This document shows positions 1 through 13,200 of a stretch of 64,000 nucleotides of DNA, in pieces. The number at the start of each line of letters is the position of its first letter. Within the stretch, counting starts at the first letter, position 1. The notes beneath the pieces were generated by a model. It saw only the letters and a program-made list of their open reading frames with translations. It searched no databases and was not told where the DNA came from. This stretch comes from Phoronis australis (Eukaryota; Animalia; Phoronida), in assembly GCA_002633005.1 (NCBI GenBank), contig NMRA01000221.1, positions 1-64,000 on the forward strand. The letters are read 5' to 3'. The position numbers and the translations under genes are program-made.

Positions 1-283
1 ATACAGGCATCACACTCCATGGGAGCAGCCATATTGAAGTAACTAAGCACAACAATACAATCTGGCTCTCTGATTGGCCAATTCAATAGAAAAACGCCAT
101 CAAGTGGCAAGAATGTGCATCATATTTTATGCAACAAAAACACCTTTTTTTAAAAAAAAAGTGCAAGTGTAGACGTGGGAATTTGATTTATAGGTATATT
201 ATCTAGCCACATAGAAAAAACTAGGTTGCCCCCCCCTAAAGTACTCACAAGGATGAACGCTATGAGATCTGGCCCACCGACTA
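1..283 (-). mobile_element. Terminal segment of an Academ-like DNA transposon (inverted copy of 31394-31681)
   Basis: 1-283 is the reverse complement of about 31394-31681; ends ...GGCCCACCGACTA, a TAG/CTA-type terminus. Confidence 0.65.
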
Positions 284-341
284 TTAAAACATATCCTATA
301 CGATGCACCGTGGGCGCAGATCAAGTTGTAATTGCGGGAGT

Positions 342-473
342 CAGGGGCGGATTCAGGATTTTGAGTTACGGGGGCCAGGGCAGACATTTGCACCCCGAGC
401 TGCCAAATGGAATCTGGGAGAATTTTCGGAGGTGCATGGCCCCCTTGCCCCCTCCCCCCTAAATTTGTCACTG
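342..473 (-). mobile_element. MITE, CAGTGGCGGAT family
   Basis: Reverse-complement homologue of 35949-36105 and 54705-54860 (shared core aaattctcccagattccatttggcagctcggg); no TSD visible for this copy. Confidence 0.7.
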
Positions 474-636
474 CTTACGTAAACTCTATGAAACTGGACC
501 AATTAATGGGCTTTTTTGCACCCTTGCCGGAGACAGAGAAATTAGTTGTTTTGTCACGTGACCATCACGAGGAGGTGCTTATAAAATTAGGTAGCCTCGC
601 ATAGCAAGGCGTCAGTGGGTGTCTGAAACGTAGAAT

Positions 637-2699
637 TGACCTATCGCCAGGCTTATGACGGACGGCTTAATTGACCAATCAGAACGCAGCATTCTTGGCA
701 CACCTTCGTCTGTGTTTCCAAGCCGCCATTTTACCCGACAAACCACAAGCAGTCGAGTAAAACTTACTTTAGTCTATAGCTCAAGAAATTTCCGGAAACG
801 GTGTTGATATGACGTGTGTAGCACCGACAGCCGGTGTGCTGCTCCAGAATAATATCCCGTCATTTTTTGACATGTCCTAAGCCGAAAAATGATGTTGAAA
901 AGCGTAAACTATGGATCAAACTGTACGGCCACACGAGCAGCTGAACTTAGCCATGTTGCTTGATAATTAACTCGAAGGCTATTATAAAGTCAAATATATT
1001 ACTTCCAAGATACGCGCTTTTCAGCTTGGTGGCTATGGTGCAGGGCTATCTCAGATTTTGACTCCCGAGTTGACTACGTCTGGCCGCCTTTGTCTTGACA
1101 CTTGCTGGATCTCAACACTCTAGCGGTAGTCCCCGGAAATTGTTGTTTTCAAGGACATTTTATTTTATGTTTTTTATTTATTTCAACCTAATGGACATTA
1201 TTTTGTTTCGTATCAGAGGTACATTTTTGTTATTCATAAACCGTAAGCTGGCGTTCAACTGAACTTCTCTCCCGGTCAAAATTCAGAGATTTGATCGGCA
1301 CAGGGAAGGGCACTGGATTACTGCGGAACTCAAAGCCTTGGTCGAGCTATTGTCAAACTGTTAAATTACTTTTTGACGTGTACCTCTAGTATACACTATG
1401 TGTGGAGAGTTAGAGAGAGCTCATTTTGAAGTTGTTCAAACATGATATTTAGATTTATGAAGCTCTAAAAAGAATTTGAGTTATTTTTGTAAATACCCTA
1501 TTTTTGCAACTACCACACCAGACTTGTAATCTTTTGTAACCATACCACGGCTTAGTGATCATGCTACCTTCAAAATTAAATGAAAGCTACTTTTATGGAA
1601 TGAAACTACAAAAAAATGCCAAGTTCAAAAGAAGGTAGGCCTAAATGTCTTAATGGTGCAAACGGGCAATTATATAGGCGGATTTAGGGGGGACCCACCC
1701 CCCCTTGGCTGCCGCAAGCAAAATGAAACAGCAAGAGCGTGAGGAAATATTGAGTTCAGTAACTAGGACCGGTAGCGGAAGAGGGGGGGGCTCAGACCCC
1801 AGATCGCAGCGGAATCGTGTTCCTGTTTTTTTTTAGTCCACCGATGGATTTTCTGAACAGAATGTCCAACGGTCTACATCCCTGGCCCCTGCAACTTTCG
1901 GGCCGCCTGTGCACATACAATTGCACTTTGCCCAATTCCACAAGGCAACATATGTTGCCCCCCTGTGGTATTCTAGATCCTCCACTGAATTCCGCACATT
2001 AATTTTATTTACATTGTAGATACAGCCCTAGACCTCAGAGCTAACTGTTTGGCCAGGACGAGATGAGTGTACATGTATACCTGAGCTATGAACTTGAATT
2101 TTTGATCAAAATATTTCGTTACAAGATTAGAAAAGCGTAAACAGTGCTATCGAGTCGACCTTGTCAGACACTATAGTGCATGTGTTGTCTGTAATCTATG
2201 ACCTACTTTACTCCAGGAGTCTCACCGGCCAGTTGTGACCTACTTTTCATTTGGCGAAATTTAGCAGACGACAGAATAAAAATATCGGTGAATCTTCATG
2301 ATTTTATTCGAAAGATCATGAAATCTATGGAATCGTCAGATAATTCGACTTTAAGGTACATACCCAGCTTTACATGAACATATCGTATCAGTGGTCTTGT
2401 CATTTGTCAGGTGAAGGTGGCCCCGAAGCCGAGGGGTTCTTCGACTTCGGATCTTCGCTGGCTCCTCGAGCACTTATTTTTACATCGTCACCTTTACAAA
2501 TTCCCATATCGTGAACGTATGATTCATTATTGAAGAGCATCGCCTCTTGTCTTTGTCGACGCGTTTCCAACTAGTACAAAAACACTCATCGATTCCACCA
2601 GGAACGTCGTTTAGCGACAGTGTTTTTGCCTCTGACATCTCGTTCGAATGTCGGGTATCACGTGACTTTTCGCATAGGGGCGGAGCTTGCAATAGGTCA
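637..2699 (+). mobile_element. Non-autonomous ISL2EU/Harbinger-type DNA transposon with THAP remnant
   Basis: TIR TGACCTAT(C/T)GC...GCAATAGGTCA with AT dinucleotide on both sides. Decayed THAP-like frame about 795-945 (KRC*YDVCSTDSR...PKPKNDVEKRKLWIKL..HEQLN). Convergent ORF start near the right end (MSEAKTLSLNDVP). A GC-rich MITE is nested at about 1675-1987. Confidence 0.65.
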
Positions 2700-4146
2700 A
2701 TTATCGCGGAGGAAAATGTCAGCGTAAAAGACAAGACGACATTTAGAACTGGCTCGGAGAGCAGTAAGCGATAAAATCTCTGTACTCTGCTAAGATGTGT
2801 GTTCAAATTTCAAAGTAGCTGGGTAACATTTTTAGAGTTTTCTAAGCTGCGCTACATCCGTTCTCTCAAGCAATGGTATTTCCAAAAATAACTTACGGCC
2901 TTAGTTTAATGTGTGAGTATCACCTACAATCCTTTGTGAATCCTACGGATAACGAAGGGCAATATTTTAACGCACACAAATCGTCTCCCGAATTCAAAAT
3001 AACGCCACTGTCAGAACTGAATAAGTCAGTGTAGGCCTATAACTCCAGCGCGAAAAGGTTTTATAATCTGGACAAATACCCGTCGATGCGTGATAATGCG
3101 TGTATACAAGAGTGTATATTTATATAGTTTCTTACTTTTATTAATTATTTATTGTCTGTTTTTAATTATTTATACTTATATTTTAGTTAATTATCTTGTC
3201 TCATATTCTTTACCTTCTATTTATCATATTTTATTTATTTATTTTGTTTCATCAGTCTTTCCGTGTTAATTTCTTATTCTTTGCTTATTATTTAAATATT
3301 GTCTTTCATTTTGTTCTGTTTTTATCTTACTATCTGTTTTTTTACTGAGGGTCCCCATGGAAAACAGTGTGAACTGACGGGGCTACCCTCATTGTAAATA
3401 TTACATTAATAAATAAATAAATAAATAAATATCTAAAATTCTTTGCCTTCCCGACATTAATGAGAGACACGAAATTGTGTCTGATTTCAAAAACTAGATC
3501 ACGTACTTTCTTATTTGCATAATAATGGCGAATAAAAGTCATCTATAATGCATACAAACATTTTCCTGTTGAGTGACAATATCTGACGAGTGCAATTTTC
3601 AAATGCATATTCTATGCTACTGTTACTGAGTGCCGAAGCGTGTCAGTTTGCGTTCTTTCCAGGAATCGTCTGTGTACATATGGATTTATCGGATAACGAT
3701 TCTTTACCCTGCATTTAGAACAACTCCGAGACAGTTTTCAAGCATTTTTTCATGACGATTCTTGGAAAGAGTGTAATCTGAAACGCTACTGTTGTGATGT
3801 CGGTTGAATTAAATGTAACCAACCTTGCATGTATTTATCTGATGACGATTCTTTACTCTGCATTGAGAACAACAATGTCGAGGCATAGTTTTCCATGCAT
3901 TTTTTGGCAAGACGTGAAAATCTCAAGCACGTCGGACAATTATACGGTGAAAAATGTTTTGGTCAACCTATGCACCCCTTAGCCACGTTCATAATTTCAC
4001 TGTCATCCGGATTTGCAGTGGTGCATAGATGTCCACTTTAAAGTACATGTAGGTCTATAGTTCATTGTTAGACACGCGCTGGGATCTTGGTATGAAAACC
4101 AAATAAGAAATGAATAGAAAAATCAGGTGGGTGGTTAAAGCACGTC

Positions 4147-4201
4147 ATGGGTATGAGATCGAAACAGCAAAATGTCAAATTATCCGAATCAGGGAATTTG
4201 G
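4147..4201 (+). CDS. SBP-like gene, candidate exon 1 (MGMRSKQQNVKLSESGNL)
   Basis: ATG at 4147; donor G|GTGAGC at 4201/4202; phase 1 matches exon 2. No homology support, so another first exon is possible. Confidence 0.5.
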
Positions 4202-7200
4202 GTGAGCATTTATCTCGTTTCACACATGCGTAAGGCGACTAATTAGCATTCGTTCTCGACGGTCTTATGCGTGCAGACACACCACTCTCAGGATCAAACC
4301 TACATGTATTCGTTGACGCAATATTATAGCGACTTGGTGAATAAAAGGACTGAGTAATCTTTGACCTCGGATAAGTAGTAAACAAATTTCCTCGCGGCTG
4401 TGGGGTTCCAAGGTGGTTCTGCTTAATAGTTTTTACTCACCACCCGGTATATACTTCGTATTTGAAATTGCCATTTTGAGTGAGTAAGCTTTGAGATATC
4501 CTTAAATAATCGAGCTTATGTGTGCTGTGCGTCGCTTAATTTTGAAAATACCAAAACCTAATCACTTTTATGGTTTTACACTTCTACCAAGTTATTTTCA
4601 TTACAAAACGCTGTCATTATGACGTCGCTTGGCTAGTACATTCCCACAAGACGCATGTTTTACAAATCTTTTTCTACGATGTAGAATGCTAACACTATGT
4701 ACGAATTGATTAAGTTTACACTTTAATTTGAAATTGAATGTTTTCAATTTCCGTGGAAGACAAGGTGACCCGCTAGTTCTCTCGATCGTAAACGTGATTC
4801 CATATCTAAAATAGCTTGACAAGCCACCTAAGCAGAACTGTTGCTTATGTAAACCTACAATGTGTTTCTGTTTACTTTTCAGTTCTTATTTCCTCAGTCT
4901 TACTTTCGTGCGCCATATCATTCACATACGCACGCAGTGATGTGACGTGTTTCAGCACTGAACCCACTTCCGGCAAAGAAAAGAGGATCTACACCATTGC
5001 TCACGGTCACGAATGGGGAGCGTATGAATATATGTGAGTACAGTAAATCACAGTCATTGTCAGGGGGCAGGCGATTTTTTGACTAAAGATAAAACCTTCG
5101 CACAGTCAGTTTGGTGGAATTTATTATGATAGTTTTGGCTATCAGTTTCAGATATTGCCCAACATTTGACATCATGTCATAGCGAACAAATGTTCTCTCT
5201 GCTATTTCCCGATGCCTACACACTGTTACTTGCCCATGCAAATGACCCTTTCTGTGGTGATTTGAGTAACCAAAACTGTTTACACACTTTATTTCGACGA
5301 CATTAGTTTTTGGCCAGATGTAAAGTCGATTGTTATTCTGAAGTGATGCAGAGCACTGGGTCATACCTGATGATGATTTCAGCTTTTAAATCGAAACGTT
5401 GTTCATGAACACCGATATCATTTGCGTCGCTAGCTTCCTATTATATATCGCACTTTGTTGTTTGTAGAAACAAAGGCGGAAGAATCGAAGGGTTTATGCT
5501 CGATCTGATCAGAGAAGGTAAGTGTAGTCGTTTTGCTTCGTAAAAATTCCAGTTTCCTACAATCGGCGACCTTCAATGTTCTCAAGATTCTCCTATGTAT
5601 GTTACGAGAGAGGAATATTTCAACCGTCTTCTCTTGGAGCACCATGATGAAAACGATTTTTCATCGCCGACAATGTCGCAGTTAAAAATTGTTCCGCTTG
5701 CCGTTGCTGACGACAACAAAATCGCAAGGAGTCGCGGAATATCGAACATGTAATGTTGGAATACGTCTTCACGCTCCCGGTTGTATTGCGCCGTGGTGCA
5801 GATTATTTGTTTTGTGTGAGCTCAAAATCCAACCCTTGTGTTAAGTTCTGTAGAAACAAACGGCACGTGCATCCCATGCGATGCACAGGGACATCTCACG
5901 AAAGTAGTTGCGTTTTTGCGATTTCTTGCGCTTACGGAAAGCACGCAATATAAACCAAGCTTCTTGAGAGAAAAGAGAAATCTCGCAAGATATTGCAAAA
6001 TCAAAAACAAGAGTTTCGCGAGACAGTATGCTTGGGAAATTTCTAACGACTCCTGTCGTGAATGGTTGGCGATGTTGGAATGTTGAATTATGGCATCAAA
6101 TTCAGACTTTCTGGTATAACATTCATGAATTATGGTATAATATTTATAAATTATGGTATAGAATTCACTGTTCCATTCCGAGCGAACACTTTTCACCACA
6201 ACTGCCTCCCAGTTGTCTTAACGACAGACTGACTAGTTTATCTGCATATTGCTCACCGCGACCAAAGGCACAGTGACAAGTTCACCGGGGTCAATGACTT
6301 TAAAAGTACCCTTAAAATCAATGCCCAGCCTGCAACTATCTTGACTTTCACTGAACCACGGTAGCCGTAACATGGTATTCGAATATAGGTAGCCAGTAAT
6401 ACATGTACATGTACGTGTATGTCTGGTGTTTCTTCCACGAGTATGCCGGTCTTGGCGACTTATACGCGTTTTGAGACCACTGTCGAAGCACTTCACGGAG
6501 GCCACCCCGTCCTGACGGGGCTTTAAAACGCGCAAGCGTATTGGACACGTTACAGAACATGATCGCACTCCTAAGAGCTCTGTGCTTATTTTGCACGCGT
6601 ACAAAATGAGAGCAGAAGTTGTCTGAACACTCTACCCTCTGAGCAGAACTCTGTAGCGACGCGGCCTTGCTAAGGCAATGGAGCACGTGCAAGAGCCCCT
6701 AAAGTCTACATGTGGTCTTTGCAAGAGAATATCCAAGGTTCTAGACGTGTTTGTCATGTTTTTCCCATCCGAAGAAATTGGGAAGAAGAGTTTACTCTGG
6801 GACATAATATTGACTGCAAGCATTATATGCCCAACGAAGTATTGAAATGTTTGATGGTCGCCTTATATACAAAATGAAATTATCACACATTAAAAACAGG
6901 TCCTATCCAAACCGATGATGCATAGGAAATAAAAGGTGCATTGAAATTTTATTCCGTTATTGCTGACTAAGTGACGTCCAACAGTGAAGAAGTCATGCCC
7001 TGTCCATTCAATTTGTAGATGACGGCAACATTCGAGAGGTGCTAGAACTCTGTTTTTATAATCTTGCGCGGACAAGGGGAAAACACCTGTAGCTTAATGC
7101 ATTTTGGGGACCTTGGGATAGGCTCGTTACATTGACGTGGCCAACTGCAGAGAGAAAGGAAAAAATGATGCGGCAAATATGAGTGGTAACCGACAACGTT

Positions 7201-10200
7201 AGCGCCGAGGCAATGCCACGCAAAAGCTCTCTTTTAGCCTATCATGGGCGGCGTAGCACTGCAAAAAGTGGGGAGCTATAGCCCCAGCCCCCTTGCGGTG
7301 TAGCGCCCATAGACCATGGGCGGTACAGCACTGAAAAAGTGGGCACCTATAGCCCCCAGCCCCTTATGGTGCGCCGCCCATGAATACACACCCACGTTAA
7401 GGCGGGACCTGCCTAAATCTCGTGCCTGTTTGCGCTTGATATTGGAAACGAGTAATATTTTGACTACAAAGTAAAACCCGTTACTTTTTATGTGCAGTCT
7501 CGGGGGAAAACTTTTCCTGAGTGAAGAAAATAAAAAACAAAGATCTCGAATCTTTGTAAAAACCTTTCATTGATGTGTGCCGTAGTCGTCGGGCGGCAAG
7601 AGCACGATAATTACACGACCATGCGAGTAAGTATGAGTGGAGACAGGTTGTCATATTTGCGCTCAAGCATGTCCACCACAAGAACGAGAAAGTAATTGAC
7701 ACAATTTTCATAGATAAATCACCGGAAGATAAGATTTGAAAGCCGGTTAACCTGATGTGTCTTGCCGTTTCAATGCGCGAAGTATTTACGTGGAACACTA
7801 ATTGTTGTTGCATGAATTGAGAACCTGGTGTGTCGCTCAATGACGCTCCCGAAAACGGTACAGCGTTGCATGAGCGGCGCACCATAGGGGGCTGGGGGTT
7901 ATAGCCTCCCACTTTTTTCAGTGCCGCGACACCCTTGGTCTATGGGCGGTGCTCCACAGGGTGCTGAGGGAGGGGGGGTATATCCCCCTTTTTTCAGTGC
8001 TGCGCCGCCCATGCATTGACGATAACTTTTGCGGTCCACTGTTTTAGAAAGATGAACCACCCCTTGCGTAATCCTGGCTACAGGCCTGTCGCTGAAATTA
8101 CATGGCTCCTAATTTTAATCTGAATAAACCATACGGGAACAATCGTCCCAGCGTACATGTAGAATATAAACACTTTATTTTTTTCACTGAAAACTAAAAA
8201 ATAACCTTTTTCATTTAAAAATAATGTTCTGTCTCAAAAAAGTTACATTCATAAAATCCTGAAAAATCCATGCTAAGGGCATGATTTTAATAACCTGGAA
8301 GTGTCACACACATTTTTTGAGTCGGTGACCGGGCATGCGCAGTGCCGCCGTATTGTAGCACGTTTCGTTGAGTGAGTGACGTGAATGGAACTATTGCAGA
8401 CAGAGTATGATAATCTTTTAATGAATTCAACGCATACAGTTGTCATTACTGCAAAACTGTTTACTATAATTTTATTTTATTTTAGTTTGCGCTGCAGCTG
8501 GCATGGACTGCCGTCTAGTTTGGGAACCGTACCAGAACTGCATCAAGTCTTTGGCCGGACAACACTCTCGCGGAGGGAAAGGACTGATGAGCAATTGGTA
8601 TGACGCATGCTCGGGGTGGTTCGTCTCCACGACACGGATGTCGATTTTCTCTTTCTCCGAGAGTTTCCTGAAGTCAGAGTCATCGAGTTTCTATGTACCA
8701 AGAGACAGCAATTTCAACCCAGCAAACTACAAGGCACACAAAATTGGTAAATGTGAAGTGCAACTGAAATCGAGTTAAGTTTTATCCTCACACAGTACAT
8801 ACATTGCAAAGTAATATGAATGAAAATTATAGTTATCAACAATGTTTTATATGGACTCAATTCAGCTCTGATAAAGTAGACAGATTCAGGTTGAAGTATC
8901 TAAGAACACAACGCAAAAATCGTTGTCGCTATGCCGATTTTAGGGCCTACGCGGGAGTTTTCCACCGAAGCTTGTGATGGCCCCCTAACGACATCCTATA
9001 TACATGTATCTGCCATGTTGGTGTACAGGGGCTTCAGGGTGACGTCTAGAGAACTGTTTGACAGATTTTAATAAAACCGGAAGCAGAAGTATGTTGCAGT
9101 AATCAGCCAGGCTCCTGGCAGTAGATGTTCAGACGGGTTTTACCTACGCAGCACCATCCAATGGTTTCCTAAATCTCGACAAGTGAACATTTTTTTAAAG
9201 AAGAACATTTCCTAATAGCACTGAAGAGCCAAAGTAATGGATTTCAATGAGACTTGACACAGGGACATGCGACGACAATGTGCCGAGACTAGTTAATTTT
9301 CGGGCTGAATAGACAACTGCAGTAACGCCTAGTTCCCATTTTGTGTTGTTGACCTGTCGTACAATTGCCTGTTTGACATCTCAAAATCCCCTGTTAGGGC
9401 GCATTGCAACGCGACGTCGGTCTTGTTTGGTTTCGTAACAAACCGAGACTCACGATACCGGTCCACATCTGTTGCAACAGTCTGATTTTGTACACAATTG
9501 TACTGACAAATCGAGCCACATTGTGTGCCCCGCTTTAGTGTACTTGTCATAAATCGGGGCCCGTGGACTCCACGAAGTTCCTACAGGGGCCGTAAATGAG
9601 TCTAAGTTGGTAGACCGAGGCGAGAGGGGTTAAAATCGTAGGGATACAGGAGCGACTGGAAACGGGTAAAAATACGTCATGTACCTGTACGGAGCGACTG
9701 GATGGCTAACTGTAGTGGGATGTGGAAACTGTGGCAACTGAAGGTGTGCCTGGACGTTGTGGCAGCAGTAATGTGTGCAAGGTGTGGTTACCGGGGCGCA
9801 GATCCTGCCTATTAGGGCCTCAACCTTAATCAGACACTGGATGAAACTGACTTTAATTCGGATATTTTGACACTTAACAACCGTTTTGGTAAACCTTTAC
9901 AATAGAAATCTATACTATGACGGCTGTCAGACACGACTGGCATGGTGTCTTTGATAAAACGGACTTCCAAGGTATAGACGAATTTGACCTTTACTATACG
10001 GAACTCGTCGGTACGGCGGAGCATTAGGGATAACTGAAAAATAGAAAAACTGTCGATTATGAATCTATGGTTTTATGTGTAAGGTCTCAGCGTGTGTTCA
10101 TTCTGGAGGGTCTCTACATATATGATGATCAAATTAGAAGTTTGCTCATGTAACGTATTACCCGGAATACAAGGCTTATACAATGTAGGCTAAATAATGC

Positions 10201-13200
10201 TTTATCGTTTTTATTTTTGCAAATAAGTCATGAAATGTTAATGTTAATTATTGTCTCATAAAATTATAGAATAGGACTTAGCTAAAAAGCATTTGTACAA
10301 GTATTTAGTAGATAATACGACAAATAATTACAATAAAAAAGTCGCAAATTCTTTTGGATTAATGAGTTGACCGATGAGCTATTTAGATGGAGACGAGTCC
10401 TGGTCGTAAGCCAGGCAGCGCCTGCGACGCTGTCCGCCATAAAGAAAAACACACTCGCGTTATGGAAACCGGGATATGAAATTTCAGATATTAAAGACAT
10501 TTTAAAATATTGTTAACACAAAACAAGGTGAAAGTGTAACCCACGCACTGCTTAAATACATGTAGTCATATAATCCAGTGCTCCGAGAAAATTTCCCAAT
10601 GCTATAGCGGAATTCTCTGCTGCTACGGCCTGCCTGGCAGGTCCTTGCTGGCTCATATCGAAAAGACAATTACCCCGAAATGTAGACATTTTATAAATTT
10701 TGGAAATCATTTGCGTTTGTACATTTACATGTAGTTTTCTACATGATAATCTACAGTCATTGACTCCTTTTCGTCTCTATAAATATGTAAATGTACAACT
10801 TACTTGTCAGTTATTTACAACCAACAATGTGCCAAGGGGACACACGCCAATCATTGTATTACCAAAGATTTTACTCTAGGCTTGTTGGGGGAGCCTATTT
10901 TTCTGTCAGCGTTAGTCCTTCGTGTAGTTCTACACTATGAATAGATTCTAAGGCCTGATATAAATTTTATGAACTTTCTCCACCTCTAACCCACTGAACT
11001 GAAATTTCAAACCTACTGCTCGGACGGTTAAAGGCAGATGTCGAAGTATGCATTAAGAAATAATTGCAGGCAGTCTGGTTAACGTTGTAACAGAGGTACG
11101 CAGGACGCTCAGGTGGGCCCATTGCACTGACCACCTGGAAGCATTTTTATGCTTTAGTAATCTACAGTTAATACCGTCTACCTTGTTATACAGTACGTTT
11201 TACCGTTGCTATCTTGTTACCAGATAATTCAAACGTTACAACGAAACAGTTGACGTATCTCGTTATAACGCCTTAGCTAAGTCGTTATTACACGACAGTT
11301 AAGTTGTTATAACCGAATAATTAACGATCTTTTATTTTTCCGAGGTGATATTTGTGGCCACGAATACACGCCAGGAGATTTGGATGGGTCCATACCTATT
11401 GCATATTCGCATGATTTGTATTTACAGGTTTTGTTGATGGATGGATTTACGACGAGAAGTGCGTATATCGACAATACGGCCAACTACTGCCAAGGAATAA
11501 AATTATACATTACAAATCTGCGTCGGACCTGCTTAACGCTGTGACTGAGGGAAAAGTAAGTCTAATTCACTGGACCAAAATTCGAGTAACAATTAAACTG
11601 AAGCGAGCCACTGAGGTACATGTAACTGCTACACCATAATTGTCGGTGTGTCCGCCCCCAATTCCGTTATTAATAGCACAGTCGAATAGTGTACGAAGAT
11701 AAGGAGAGTTCACTCCGTCATGTTGCCATTCGCCGCAACGGCTATCGATTGGAAAAATAGAACCCTAAGCGGCGAATAAGCAACACTAATTTAGCGGCGC
11801 AGTCCGAACCATGTAAACACTGATAAATTCATATTTTAATACGTTCAACGTGCAATAAAATTGCCGTGTGATTGAAAATGGCCAAAATACGAAAAATTAG
11901 CATCCACTTATAATCGAATGAGAATGAAAATGTGTGCTTTGAATCCATATTAAAAGGTATTTGCTTTTATTCTCTTGAAGCTCCCTTCAAAAGCCATTAT
12001 TGTTTTGTTTCATGTTTGAGTTCTTAATTAGGTAAATTACCGTTCCTCATAATATTTTATAACTCCATGAACTACATAATTTTAGTGATGGCTCCTGGGG
12101 GTTCAGGGGAGTTGTCCCTTGGTGCCAGCAAAGGGGTACTAGGGAGGAGTGCAAACAAGTTGGGCTTCAAATGGATATTAACCCCCCTCCCTGGGGGTAC
12201 AAGAGGAGGAGTGCTAAAGAGGTAAAAACAAACGAGGTATGCCGCATGAGTGTTGAGACCTTCCCATTGTCACAATTTTGGTTGTTCCCCTGACCACTGA
12301 CAACATGTGCTGAGGTGGTGATAAGATTTGGCCCTCGTTTTGAGCATGACCCCCAAAGACTTTTGCTTTTAATGACTGGTGGCCATCATGCCCCAGTACC
12401 ATCCTGGGTGTTTTCCAACTTTTCAATACATAGTGCTCCCAACTCACTGCGCGTTTTATGTCCACCCAACTTGAATACGACACGCTGCTACCAGTGCAAA
12501 GACTTGATTTGCCTGGAGTAGGTGCAACAAAAGTAAAAAATAGAAAGCAAGACAATTTATTACTACCACAACACTGTATTTCATTCTGATTACCCCTCAC
12601 ATATAATTCAAGTAGACTTAAATTGACAACAAAGTATCTGCAGAAGGCATAGCATAACCTGTGCAGCAGACTACGGCGGCATCGGGCTGCGATCGACTTG
12701 TCTTCCAACCGTGAACAGGACACAGAAAATGAAAGACAATGTATCATATTCAATGAATAAAAAAATAATCCTTACATTTCTGGATCCTTAGGAAACGTAA
12801 AAATGACACCTAGTAGGTTTTCGTGGATGAATTAGTGCAATGTGTCGCGCTGCAAAATGCGCCCTTCCCCATTGTTCTCGCGCTTCCTATTTTACCGTTG
12901 GTTATTTACCACTTGGCGACGCTAGTAGCTGCGATAACAGCGAATTCACAAGTGAACTCTCCTATTATACTAAACCCCTTGATACAATACTTAGGTACCC
13001 GCGATTGATGTATGTTCTACTTCTGGAAATGTGTACACTTACAACAGTTCTGATTAGCGGAAGTCTACTCGTGTGACTTACATGTTGGCATGGCAGGAGC
13101 ATAGCGATTGGCAAATAATATATTTCCATTGATAAAGTATGTCTACTCTTGTCCTTCCAGTGCCGAAGTGGAAACATTTCCTTAAATAAATATTAATGGT

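Noticed and set aside
6086-6168. CRISPR-like repeats
   Set aside because: Units are directly tandem with no unique spacers and no cas genes; the context is eukaryotic.
9300-10445. Possible nested minus-strand gene in SBP intron 4 (MADSVAGAAW..., acceptor near 10033)
   Set aside because: Candidate exons run into stops and match no family I recognise; probably transposon debris.
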